64,000 nucleotides of DNA from Octopus bimaculoides (lineage: Eukaryota). The notes beneath the pieces were generated by a model that was not told where the DNA came from, did no database searches, and saw only the letters and a program-made list of their open reading frames with translations. Of this stretch, positions 1 through 12,120 are shown piece after piece. Position 1 is the stretch's first letter; each line of letters starts with the position of its first letter. The position numbers and the translations under genes were made by a program. The DNA is taken from positions 57,290,642 through 57,354,641 of the forward strand of contig NC_068984.1 of NCBI RefSeq assembly GCF_001194135.2, in the 5' to 3' direction.

Positions 1-249
1 CTACAAGGTTCTGTGTTTTATTAAAGCTTCAGGTTCTGTCTTTTGATAAAGCAGCAGGTTTAAATTCAATTCCTGCTAAAATAAAATACCCTCGGTGGTG
101 AAATGCTCATTGAAAAACTGAGCTGTTTTTTTCCTTCTTGCAGTCAACAAGCACCACTCCTCAAGAATTCAGGAATGATATAATTATTTATTTTCATCAG
201 AAGAAAGGCAACAGGCATTCATGTAGCAATCACAGAAGCCTTTCCCCTT

Positions 250-1241
250 TTGTGAATTGCTGGCAAGAATTTTGATGAGAATATTCTTGCATTGCCTCAG
301 TAACTATCTTGCCACTAACAATCTTCTACCACAAAGCAAAGAAGTGTATATCCAAGAAAAATGTATAGAGCAGAATCAGACCCTACATATAACCTTTGTT
401 GATCTCACAAAAGCTTTTGACACAATGTGTCAAGGTAGCTTATGGAGAATCATTTCCAAATAGTGTCCGCATATGTTCATGCCTATGATGTGCCAATTTC
501 ATGATGGCATGTTATTAAATTTTATATGGTAGATGTAGCTATCATTTTCTGTCACAAATAGAATGAAATTCACTTGTGTCTTAGCACCTACTCTTCATTA
601 TCATGTTTTGTGCTATGTAGAAGAAGCCTTTAGAACACTACCATTTGGAATCAACATTACATACAGATATGATGCCAAATAGTTTAACTCTTTAGTATTC
701 AGATTACTCTGTCAAATGTAATACTTATTCACATTTTATAAAATTAATCCTGTATTATCTTGTAGCTTTGATATTTCAAAGATATGATTGCTTTTTTTCA
801 GAATGATATTGCAGGGTAGATGTGAGAAGCCTAATCTGGTCAATTTTAGCATAAAACAGATAGAATATTTAGGTCAGATATAGCTGGTTTAAATGTTAAA
901 GAGTTACTCTTTGCCAGCAAAAACCAAATTTGCAAACAATTATAGATTGCTTGCACCAGATGAGTCCAATATACAAGCGTATGTTGATAAATTTTCATAA
1001 GCCTTCCACAACTTCAGTGTCACAATACAAAAACAAAAAGTGTTACATTTATCTGTCCCAGGGCATGCACCGTGTGTACTTCTTGGAATAAAAGTAACTA
1101 AAACCGAGATGCAAAATGTGGAAAATTTTGAATATCTTTGAAGTACACTTTGCTTAAAAGCCTGCATTGATGTCATCACATGGTGACAAAGCTAGTACAG
1201 CTTATGGTGCAGAAACAGTACACCAGTTCCATGCTAAAAAG

Positions 1242-1276
<35 letters not shown>

Positions 1277-1850
1277 CACGTGTATGTATATATATGTACA
1301 TACATATATGTATACATATATGCATCTACATACACAAATACATTCATAAATAATAAATGTATGTATGTGCATGTATATGTGGGTCTACAGTCATGTATGT
1401 ATGTGAATGTATAACGTATGTATGTATATATATGTACATACATATATGTATACATATATGCATCTACATACACAAATACATTCATAAATAATAAATGTAT
1501 GTATGTGNNNNNNNNNNNNNNNNNNNNNNNNNNNNNNNNNNNNNNNNNNNNNNNNNNNNNNNNNNNNNNNNNNNNNNNNTATATATAATTCAGATAAAAT
1601 TTAATACATTCCATGGAATTTTTTTTCTGCTAGAATTCTGTTAACAATTATCTAAAAATACAGAAGGCTTTTTTATATTCTTTCAGTATTCTGTATGTTT
1701 CATCATTCAGAACTGTTCATTTTAAATAAATCTCAGGAGACCGTGAGGAAAGGTAATTCTCTCAAAATGACATCAAATGTAATGCTTTCCTAATGGATCT
1801 TGCAAGAATTCATCTACAATTGGAAGTTGTACACTTTCAGGCTTCTGAGT
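250..1850 (+). mobile_element. Decayed RTE-clade LINE (RT-region relic), interrupted by microsatellite and a gap
   Basis: Degenerate RT motifs: EKCIEQNQTLHITFVDLTKAFD (257-463), VKELLFA at ~895, ENFEYL*STL at ~1120, YGAET at ~1205. Many stops and frameshifts. Confidence 0.75.
1243..1507. repeat. Compound TA/TG/ATGT microsatellite containing a 138-bp-period tandem duplication
   Basis: 1281-1369 is repeated at 1419-1507 and runs into the N gap. Confidence 0.85.
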
Positions 1851-2333
1851 AATTAGGATGGCGTATCTGCCTACAGCTGTCTTTCTCCTTTCACCACAAT
1901 CTGAAGTATTTGGCATCCACTTGTCACTCAATTAGTTCCCATTATTTCTTTCAGTGTTTGTAGGTTACAGCTTCATTCCCAGTGGATGCATCGACACACA
2001 TACTTTATAATAGACTACGTCTGACCTCACATGGTTTATATAGAACTGTTTATATAGTAAGCTAATAATAGTTAGATATATTCATCATTGATACCAGTTG
2101 TCTTCCCTATTTCCTCCACAGCCATTATATATTCATTGTAGAATATTTAGAAAATATTCATTGTAGTGGCTGTGGAAGAAATAATTTATTATATATTAAA
2201 ATGTATTTAATTTGTTATTGCTGTTTTCATTGTCATCATTGTTACTGTCACTACTACCATCACCATTTCCAAAACTTCTCAGGTAAATTCCCTCATCATC
2301 TTTGGTCTTTAATGAAAGTCTCTATTATAATGT

Positions 2334-2720
2334 GGCGGCGCAATGGTCCAGTGGTTAGGGCAGCAGACTCGCGGTCATAGGATCGCGGTTTCGATTCCCA
2401 GACCGGGCGTTGTGAGTGTTTATTGAGCGAAAACACCTAAAGCTCCACAAGGCTCCGGCAGGGGATGGTGGCGAACCCTGCTGTACTCTTCCACCAGAAC
2501 TTTCTCTTACTCTTTCTTCCTGTTTTTGTTGTACCGGTATTTCAAAGGGCCAGCCTTGTCACACTGTGTCACGCTGAATATCCCCGAGAACTATGTTAAG
2601 GGTACACGTATCTGTGGAATGCTCATCCACTTGCACGTTAATTTCATGAGCAGGTTGTTCCTTTGATCGGATCAACTGGAACCCTTGATGTCGTAAGCGA
2701 CGGAGTGCCAACAAAAAACC
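2334..2720 (+). mobile_element. Full-length, young tRNA-derived SINE with a 10-bp target-site duplication
   Basis: A-box-like tggtccagtggttagg and B-box-like ggtttcgattccc. CpG-rich, with an A-rich tail. attataatgt occurs at both 2324-2333 and 2721-2730. Confidence 0.85.
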
Positions 2721-2789
2721 ATTATAATGTATAGGCAGTTAAAGTTTCTGAAAACTGAGTCTTTAGGTTTGCATGTTTCAAATAACTTG

Positions 2790-2930
2790 ACAATGACATA
2801 AGTCTATTGGATATTGTAGTCCCAAATACATTTTGTTTAAGAAAAAAGATGGGATGGTCATTGCTAGCATGCCTTTGGTCATAAGTCTGCTCAATCAAGT
2901 TTGTCTAGAGCTAATCAACAGCAACATAAC
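2790..2930 (-). repeat. Dispersed repeat family D (starts with (GTT)n-ttaaccccaggtc-like sequence)
   Basis: Similar to copies at 5450-5670, 20445-20610, 23400-23570, 28335-28560, 35805-35990 and 39880-39990. Confidence 0.5.
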
Positions 2931-3884
2931 AATTCCATCGTCTTGTTCTATCCTACTGTCCTAACATTTTTTATTAATAGTAGTTAGGCCTTCAAAAATA
3001 AAACTGGAATTTCTTTGTGGTGGAGAACATGTTGAGAGTAGTTAGAATATGGAAAAGGCATTGTAAGTGGAAAGTATTGAGTCTTGCTTAACTAACCATG
3101 ATACAATGTATTAAGGAAAAATAATTTCATTAGTGGTGTTTCAAATTGGTATACTGCTTTTCATCTTCCCTTTTCTGGGGTTTTTTTTTTATGTAAGAGT
3201 GAAGCAACTAAAGAAGTGAACAATATTTTTTATTTTTCACAAGTGACTCAAAATGTTATGTTTATACATTTGAATTTCATATTTTTTCTGTTTCTGTAAC
3301 TTTGTGCTTCTTCAGTATAGAATAACAGATAGTTAATTCAATGTATTATTTATAATGTGTTTAAGTCTACTTGGGACTACTATTGACATGTGCATCCTGC
3401 TCACCTTTAGGAGACACACAAATACTGAAAAAATGGCTAATCCCAAGAAGAAAGACTAAAAACTGAATTATTTTCTTTATCAACTTAAAAAAGAAAAATA
3501 TTTTACAGAAATTCCTGTCATAAAGTTTTTACCACTAAATGTATTGCCTGAAAAAAATTTGGATTACACTGTGATATTTTAACAAAAGTGTGCTAAAATT
3601 TATAAGTAGTACCTATGCATGGCTCTAAACACAGCAACTACTATAATGGAGTGTGTATAATGCTTCTATTCTTTGTACATTGCATTCATTTTACTAACAG
3701 TGCATTAGGTAAAGTGTTGGAAATTTATGCCAACAAATTCATGAGTTCAAAACATGCTAAAGTCAGTCACTCTGTTGTGCCACTAAGCAATTTATATTAC
3801 TCAATATAGTAGGATGTCTTCAATTCATGTGCAAATGTCCAAATTTTCAAAAGAATCAACTAACATTGATGCTTTGCATATATA

Positions 3885-4044
3885 GGTGCAGGCATGGCTG
3901 TGTGGTAAGAAGCTTGCTTCCCAACCACATGGTTTGGGGTTCATTCCCACTGTGTGGTACCTTAGGCAAGTGTCTTCTATTATAGTCTCAGGCCAACCAA
4001 AGCTTTGAGACTAGATTTAGGAGATGGAAACTAAAAGAATCCCA

Positions 4045-4111
<67 letters not shown>

Positions 4112-4330
4112 TACATGTGTGTTTGTGTCTATGTTTGTCCCCCCACACACCACTTGACAACCAGTGCTGGTGTGTTTACATCCCCATAACTTACCAGGTT
4201 AGCAAAAGAGATTGATAGAATAAGTACCAGATTTTTTTAAAAAGTAAGAACATTCAACTAAAAAATTCTTCAAGGTGGTGCCCCAGCATGGCTGTAGTCT
4301 GGTGCATTGAAACAAATAAACGATAAAAGA
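3885..4330 (+). mobile_element. SINE family A (tRNA-like head, ccttgggcaagt motif, internal (TA)n)
   Basis: Shared head ggctgtgtggtaagaagcttgcttcccaaccacatgg and shared tail gaaacaaataaaagataaaaga with other copies. Confidence 0.8.
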
Positions 4331-5449
4331 TAGAAGAAACTATTTGCTTGTATGCATTTACACATGATGTTTAAATTAATGCAATTTTTGTTTGTTAACA
4401 ATATGAAATTTTATGTGAATAATTGTGAGTCACTTGAGAAGCAGAATATCTGAGCATTTATTTTTTTAAGTTGTATCACTTTTTCAAAAGAGAATACTGT
4501 GATATTTTCTGATAGTTTCCCCTACCTCATCTTGGTTTCAGTTTCATACTAAATGGAAAATGTTTTAACATCTTTTGAAAATATAAGATTATAGGATCAA
4601 AGTTATATGTTATATCAAAGATATATGCATAACAGTAGTCTTTCAATGTTGGAGAAAAGGGAACAATAAATAAACAGTGATACTTATATGAATTTTTATT
4701 TATGAAACCAACAGACCTTTTGTCAAATGTTTTATAAATTTCACCCTCCATTCCACCATTATGTTAATGGAAATCTTTTGACAAAGTGAGTCTGCAGCTC
4801 TACATGAATTCTCAGTTGGGGTCTGTTTTATTTACATTATTATTAATGCTACAACTTCCATTTGCCATTCCCTAAAAGTTAAAACTATAAATTCTTTTTT
4901 CCATTCTTATTCATCACTAGATAATGCTTAACACAAAGCACAGTTTACTTTAAAACTGTCTGCAAAACTAGATCTCTTCTAAACTTAAACTATTTTGATA
5001 TACTTAAGAATGAAAATAGCTCCAGTAAATTAGCTTCAAAGCTAAATGAATAAATTAATTTTATTAACATCTTTAATGTTCAATTGTCTACTTCATTGAT
5101 TTTTTTGTGAAATTATAATAACAATTCTCAACAAAAGCTGTCTATCATAATTTTCTCTTTAGTATTTATTTACACATAGAAATAATTGTTTAACAGCAAA
5201 TGTTTATGTTAGCAATTTTTATTTTATTTGATAATTTCTATTCTCAATGAAGTATCACTATAAAGATTTATTTATAAAGATTTTTAATTTATTTTTTCCC
5301 AAATAATAACCATAAGGAAAGTGACTTTAGCACATTAAATCAACAGTCACACATACACAAATCCTGTTTCAATTGTATCTCAGTTTAACTATCATGTAGA
5401 ATCGACCCATTTATTTCTATGAATGTGAATACTCTAAACAAATGTTGAT

Positions 5450-5670
5450 TGTTATTGTTGTTGTTGTTTAAGTTTCAGGCAAGCTCTGTTCAAACAAATT
5501 TATGACCAAAGGCTTTCCAGCTGTGATGATCCTATCTTCTTTTTTTTTTTTTTTTCTTTCATATATAATGTATCTATGATATTCCATTTTCCAATATATC
5601 CTTTCTTTTTGAAGTAAGTTGAGTGTGATTTATGGAAGATTTGGTCTGTCTAGCAGGATGAACTATGTAC
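5450..5670 (+). repeat. Dispersed repeat family D copy
   Basis: gttgttgtt head, ccaaaggctttccagctgtg and gtgtgattt...gatttgg...ctagcagg motifs. Confidence 0.55.
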
Positions 5671-7394
5671 TCTGATAGAAGCTCTTTCACTGCTTATTAC
5701 AAAATGTATTTTGTTAGAAAAATGAAATGAAAGTAGTGAAGGTGCATTTAACCAGCTAAATATCAGTGGCACCTTTAGGCATGATGATTATCATAAAGTT
5801 AAAATTGAACTTTTTGTTTTGTATTTTCCTGTTTTGAGATAATTATTTTCACATTTTATTCAGATTAATTTGTGCTGGGTGTTATTTTATCTATATTCCT
5901 TGCAACCATATAGATGTTCTCTTTTTTGCTGTGTTGTGTTAGCTTTATACAAGTTATTATATTCTGTGTTGTGTTAGTTTTGATACAAATTATTAAATGC
6001 TGATATTCTGGCATGAAATTGTTTGTTCTATAGGAATTGTGCAGTATTAGTTACCTTTGAATACATTGACTATTTCTTGAATTTGTAGTATTTGTAGCAA
6101 CTTTTCCCTCTACAAATTCTGCCACTGTTAGAGTTTACAATATTTCAATTCTTCTACCAGAATTTCCTTGTATTGACTGACAGATAATAATATTCATTTA
6201 GCTAAAATTGTGGAAACTCTATATCACAAATGAATATCTGAATGTATATTGCCTTCTGAAGGTGTTAGACACAAAATGTAATATGGTGTATTGGTTTGGA
6301 AAACTTATGATTTGCACATAAAAACATAAACATACTTTTTTCTGCTGAATTCATAATTCTTTTTATTATCATTTCCATGGTCATTATAAGCTCCCCTTTC
6401 AAAAAGTATCAACTTTTTTTTTTTTTTTTGCTTTGTATGGAGTAGTATTTTTGGTTTCTCATCTTAAGATTGTTATGCTACCTTTTATCAAAAGCTTTGT
6501 ATAAAAAGTGAGAGATCTTCTTGTTAGGTATTTTGTGCTGCCAACTTTTAAATTTTGATAGGTATACACACATGCACACACACAGAGACACATTGTTATT
6601 TTCTAATATATTTTGTCATAATACAACGCATTATGTNNNNNNNNNNNNNNNNNNNNNNNNNNNNNNNNNNNNNNNNNNNNNNNNNNNNNNNNNNNNNNNN
6701 NNNNNNNNNNNNNNNNNNNNNNNNNNNNNNNNNNNNNNNNNNNNNNNNNNNNNNNNNNNNNNNNNNNNATATATATATATATATATACTTGTCAAAATTT
6801 AAAATTTGTACTCAGAATTCCTCATAGTAATTTTATTTTATAATATATTATTTATTAGTCTCTGTGGTAGCCATGGTGAGTGTTACTGTTGTTGATAATA
6901 GCTGCTAAGAGGGATTACTCATAACAAATTGGCTTTGTAATTTCATTTCAGATTATGTCATTTTGCATTAACCACTCATTTATCCTTGGCTGCACAAGCT
7001 GGCTACAGAATTTATCCATCAATAGATTTTCTTTCAAAATGCAATATGAGCATTACTATACTATAGGAATCAAAAGTTAACATTTAGAAGTTTTAGTGTC
7101 AATTTGATATAACTTAAATGACATATGTGAAATGATGTGAAAAACTTTTAATTTTTTTAATTTCTAATATTCATTATTGTAGACATAGTTGGAAAGTAGC
7201 ATATATTTTTTGATAAAAGTTTCAAAGTATCAAGTCTCATTACAAATAACAGTTAAAAAATATGTGAAACCTTTTCTTTAACAAAACCATAAGAGAAAAC
7301 TTATAATGAAGTGAGCTTCATTCAGTATGGTTTTATAGGTTCTCTGAAAATTATTCCTAGAAAATTGACAATAATTTCTAACATAACCAGCAAG

Positions 7395-7552
7395 CCAAAA
7401 GTTAGGTGGGTGGCAGTAAAAAACTGATAAAGGCCAATATTTAGCTGGCACTTCTTTTATTGATGCCTAGAAGGAGGGGCAATGAGATTTGAACTCATAT
7501 CTTGAACAAATATTGAAGGCATTTTGTTTTATACTAACAATTCTACCAATCC
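7395..7552 (-). mobile_element. Degenerate SINE family C copy
   Basis: gatttgaactc and ctaacaattctacca match the reverse complement of the family C head. Confidence 0.4.
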
Positions 7553-7870
7553 ACGAAACTAATGATAAAAGTAAATGATATTATAGTTAGTCATATATGC
7601 CGCTTTATACAGTATTATTGCATTCTTGTACCATAATTATTCCTCTTAAAAGAAGACACTTATTTTTAGCTATCATACTTACACACACATACATAAAGTT
7701 TAGTATATGAAGATATATTCAGTGTTTATATACGATGTATGTCATTTTATGATTAAGTCTTGCTGCAGAAATGGTTACATTGAAGGTTTTCTTTCAAATT
7801 GTTCAGCAAGCTGCAAGACAACTCGTCCGTGACATGTTTTCAGAGCATATTTGTGTTCTAATCCCAATGT

Positions 7871-7939
7871 GCTTTTTTGTACTTCATTTTACGGTGCTAA
7901 AATTTTACAGAAGCACCGTAAAATGAAATACAAAAAGGC
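7871..7939. other. Hairpin with 28-bp inverted arms (26/28 match) and a 13-nt loop
   Basis: gcttttttgtacttcattttacggtgct pairs with agcaccgtaaaatgaaatacaaaaaggc. Confidence 0.85.
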
Positions 7940-9709
7940 CATTAACTGTATATTATATATTAGTATCATCTTTGTGATAACTATTAACTATTGCATTTGG
8001 TGTTATATAAGATGCACATTTTTTTCAAGAAAAAAATCTCAGAAAAATATCTTTGGTCCTATATATGAAATTTGGCCTATACTACATACTTTAATGCACT
8101 AAAAACTGAATTTCCTGAATATACACTGCTGAAATTGGGGTGTGTCTAATATGCTTTTTGTATCTCTTATGCCATCAGATATGGCATATTCTAACTCATC
8201 AAAGTGAGTGAGTCTGGATATACTGGAGTAATTAATATTTTGTTGTTTATTTGTCATAGCAAGAGTGAAGCTCAATACTGCAATCTTATGGCAAGTTGAT
8301 TCTTCCCTTACTGAAAGGTCTAAAGAATTGGGTACTTAACTCTAGTTTCTGTAGCAAAACAAAATAGCAAAAATATTGTGCTGTCACAGTTTAAACCAAC
8401 AGTCTGAAACCCTAAGGTGCCACCAAAGGTCACACTTCCATATGAAAAATGGATAAATAGGTGAATTATACTTACATATGAAAAACACTTTTAGGTAATT
8501 TTTGTGCTTAATTCTATATTCATAACTTTATTATACACATATGGAACATCTTCTTAGGTAAGGAAATCCTGGCAGCCATAGGCAGTAAAGAGACCCTATG
8601 GGAAAATGATCTCATAACAGAGAACTATTGGGGAATTTGGTTTAAGCAAGTTCTTAATTTAAATAAAATTTCTTAAATCACCTTTATGGCATCTGATGAA
8701 TATAGCTTTATATCAAACTTTACAAATGAAATTTAACCATATTAAAAGGAAAGAAAAAAATTCATAAAAATATATAATAGCTGGTATGTAAGGGTTCTTG
8801 AAATGTGAGATGTATTTTAAGAGTTCCCCAAGAGTACAGGATTGGGAAAAACTGGTTTACACTAATAAACTATACTTTCCTTAGTATGAGGTTTAATATG
8901 TCTCTAACTGGTATAAAAATATCAAATAATAAGCAGTTTCTCTCTTTAGCTTAAAAAAAATATACAGGAATCCTTCACTTTAATGCAAAATTCCATGATA
9001 CAAAATTAATGAGGAAAAGAAAGTACTATATGATTACAGTAAGCTGAAGGTTCACAAGATTTTATAGACAATTTTCCCCTTGCTTTTCTGATTTAAGACA
9101 CAAGCATGCACATGCACACACACGCACGCACACACGCACGCACGCTGATAATGTGGATGATGTGGGTTGTATTGTTTTAGATGTAAGTCAAGGTGGGTGT
9201 GTATTGTTGGTGTTGTAGTGGTAATATTGTTCTGGCTAATTGTTGTGGCTGTTCAATCTCAAGTCAATCCTCATAGACTTAAAATCAAAGATATTTCATT
9301 CAACTTTTAAAATACACTAGGATACCACATTATGTTTTTATTTGAAATGGATTTGCTTAGCTTCTTCATACTATATTTTACTGTTGCTGATGGTGGTTAT
9401 GCTCATGTTGATGATAGTAACACACACACACACACTCTCTCTCTCTCTCTCTCTCTCACACAAAATACCAGTTTTGAGAAATTAAGCTTCTCTAAATCAG
9501 AAGCTGGGGTGAGAAGCTGATTTGAAGGCTACAGGTCCAGCCCATCACTGGAACTCTGAAAATCTGTAAAGCTTTCCAGAAGTTTATCATTTAAGTATAT
9601 ATGAACATGTTGAGGCATGCAATATATGCATGAGGATACATGCATAAAACAAACCATACAAATCTGTACATATACATACATACATACAAAAATACCTTGT
9701 TGATGTTGT

Positions 9710-9795
9710 TGAAATTCCAGTGAAGGAGCCTTAGATCTAGGCTAGAAACCGGCTCTTTCTCTATTGGCAAGAAATCTTGAAAAAAAAACTGAATA
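9710..9795 (+). mobile_element. Short retroposon-like 3' tail embedded in a (TACA)n/(TTAC)n microsatellite
   Basis: Unique, GC-richer segment ending aaaactgaata, flanked on both sides by tacatacata-type repeats. The tail resembles the RLE-element tail at 38342. Confidence 0.35.
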
Positions 9796-10355
9796 CCAAC
9801 ATTCATACTTACTTACTTACATAGATGCATACATAGACACACACATGCATATATATGTATGTTTATATACTCATATTATGTACATTATACATATATACAT
9901 GTGTGTGTGCATGTATGTGTGTAACATGATGGTAGTTTTTCAAGTCAGTAACTAAATGCTTTAATCTTAACTAAAATGCAAGTGGCAATTCAGCTAAGAA
10001 GGAAGCATAGTTTTAAATTAACAGTTTAAAACTATGCAATATGAGTTTCCATAAGAGCGAAATTACAGACCATAATTAATGATCATACTTTCTGTAAATG
10101 TGAAATCCTATTACCTGAGGTAGCTATAACATGGGAGATGGGGTGTGCCTGTAGTTTGTATAACTTTTGGATAATTTCTTAAATTATTTGTAAAATAAGT
10201 TTTTAAGAGCCTCTCATATTCAGTGTTGACCTTTTCCTTCATTCTTCCATTTCAATAAAATATGAGTATTTTTCTGTATCCATCTTCTTAGCAATTCACC
10301 ATCCCAATTTTCTTTTACATATGATAAAAAAATATATACTAAACAATTTATTGCG

Positions 10356-10501
10356 GAGTGGTTGGCGTTAGGAAGGGCATCCAGCTGTAGAAACTCTGCC
10401 AGATCAGATTGGAGCCTGGTACAGCCTTCTGGCTTGCCAGTCCTCAGTCAAATCAGGTTGGAAAGCGAACGTTAAACGATGATGATGATGATGATGATGA
10501 T
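10356..10501 (+). mobile_element. RTE 3'-tail-only insertion (family B) ending in (GAT)n
   Basis: tggttggcgttaggaagggcatccagctgtagaaactctgcc...gttaaacgatgatgat matches the 3' end of the RTE LINEs at 17965 and 42278. Confidence 0.8.
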
Positions 10502-10573
10502 TATTATTAATTTAGCAGAAACATCTTTAAAACTGAAGATTAAAGCAACAACTCTAACAAAATCTGTGCAAAT

Positions 10574-10798
10574 GCGTAGGAGTGGCTGTGTGGTAAGTAG
10601 CTTGCTTACCAACCACATGGTTCTGGGTTCAGTCCCACTACGTGGCATCTTGGGCAAGTGTCTTCTACTATAGCCTCGGGTCGACCAAAGCCTTGTGAGT
10701 GGATTTGGTAGACGGAAACTGAAAGAAGCCCATCGTATATATGTATATATATATATATATATGTATATGTATATATATATATATGTATATGTATATAT

Positions 10799-10880
<82 letters not shown>

Positions 10881-11090
10881 GTATGTATGTGTGTTTGTGT
10901 TTGTCACCCCAACATCGCTTGACAACTGATGCTGGTGTGTTTACGTCCCTGTAACTTAGCGGTTCGGCAAAAGAGACTGATAGAATAAGTACTAGGCTTC
11001 CAAAGAATAAGTCCTGGGGTCGATTTGCTTGACTAAAGGCGGTGCTCCAGCATGGCCACATTCAAAAGACTGAAACAAGTAAAAGAGTAA
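10574..11090 (+). mobile_element. SINE family A, well-preserved copy with ~150-bp internal TA/ATGT microsatellite
   Basis: Both conserved halves are present around 10738-10890. Confidence 0.85.
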
Positions 11091-11974
11091 ATGAATTTTT
11101 TAACCTTTCTTGAAAATCTGAAATTTCCCACTGGGTTCAAAATCTTACCTACATTAAGAATCAGGGATCTACTAAACTTTACCATCCCCCAGGTTGAGGC
11201 ATTATGCCAGTCTTAGAAATCATTCATTTTAGCTTCATGTATTTCTAATTATAGACTGAGTTTCTCTTGTAATTAATACTTTCAAAGGTTTGAATCTCAA
11301 TATAATATAGTCTGATGTAAATTATAACTGAAAAGCTTTTAATACTCCTCATGCTGCTCAATCTATGGTTGGGTTTTTGTTTCTTTTTCATAGTTTGAGA
11401 TTTGGGAGCCATTATGAGTCATGTACAAATGTGTAATTTCTTTAGCAAACTATTATGTTATGTCATAAAAGAAATTAAGTTTATTCTGACTAAATTAATC
11501 AAAATGAAAATCTCATTCTGAATTCTTTTTGCATGATAGAAATTCTGTTTTTCCTTTCTTTCGTTCTCTATAGATATGTATAGTTTTTATCGCATCTTTG
11601 AAATATTCTTTCCGGTTTGGTTTTCATTTTCTTAGCTAACACTTCCATTTTAAGAATGCTACTGTTATAACTGTAAGGATAATTAGTGGCACCAAGATTG
11701 TTAAGCAGCCTTTTAAAAATTAGCTAACTGCTTTTCACTGATCTTCATCAGGTTTTCTACAACTTCATTTGTAAATCTAAAGCAGTAATTACAAATTATA
11801 TATAGTTTTATGTTGCCAAATAAAATCAAGTTTCTCAAAAGCAATGCATTTTTTTTTGGTGGTGAGTAGAAAAATATAAAGATATTCTAAAACCTTGCTA
11901 TTGAATTAAAACATAGAATATCAAAAATTTTAAGTTTCAGTATTTTTATCTTACACTTATAAGAAATTTCTCAG

Positions 11975-12120
11975 TCATCATCATCATCATCATCATCATC
12001 ATTCAATGTCCACTTTCCATGCTGGCATGGGTTGGACGGTTTGACTGAGGACTGGTGAGCCAGAGGCTGCACCAGGCTCGATCTGATCTGGCAAAGTTTC
12101 TACAGCTGGATGTCCTTTCT
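11975..12120 (-). mobile_element. RTE 3'-tail-only insertion (family B)
   Basis: (CAT)n followed by the reverse complement of the B tail. Confidence 0.8.

Noticed and set aside
1955-2010. Possible AGC-kinase terminal exon (FVGYSFIPSGCIDTHTL*) after tttctttcag
   Set aside because: A short motif of this kind is expected by chance in 64 kb, no other kinase exons were seen, and it lies next to an RTE relic.
2334-2410. tRNA gene
   Set aside because: The tRNA-like head continues into a SINE body with an A-tail and TSD, and I could not fold a complete cloverleaf.
8179-8331. Two possible mini-exons (8179-8203, 8260-8331) with GT/AG sites
   Set aside because: The intron is only 56 nt, the peptide is unrecognisable, and there is no link to the downstream gene.
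10606-11061. YI/CV/HT-rich ORFs here and at 1167-1614, 4024, 35300 and 46415
   Set aside because: They are translations of TA/TG microsatellites inside SINEs.
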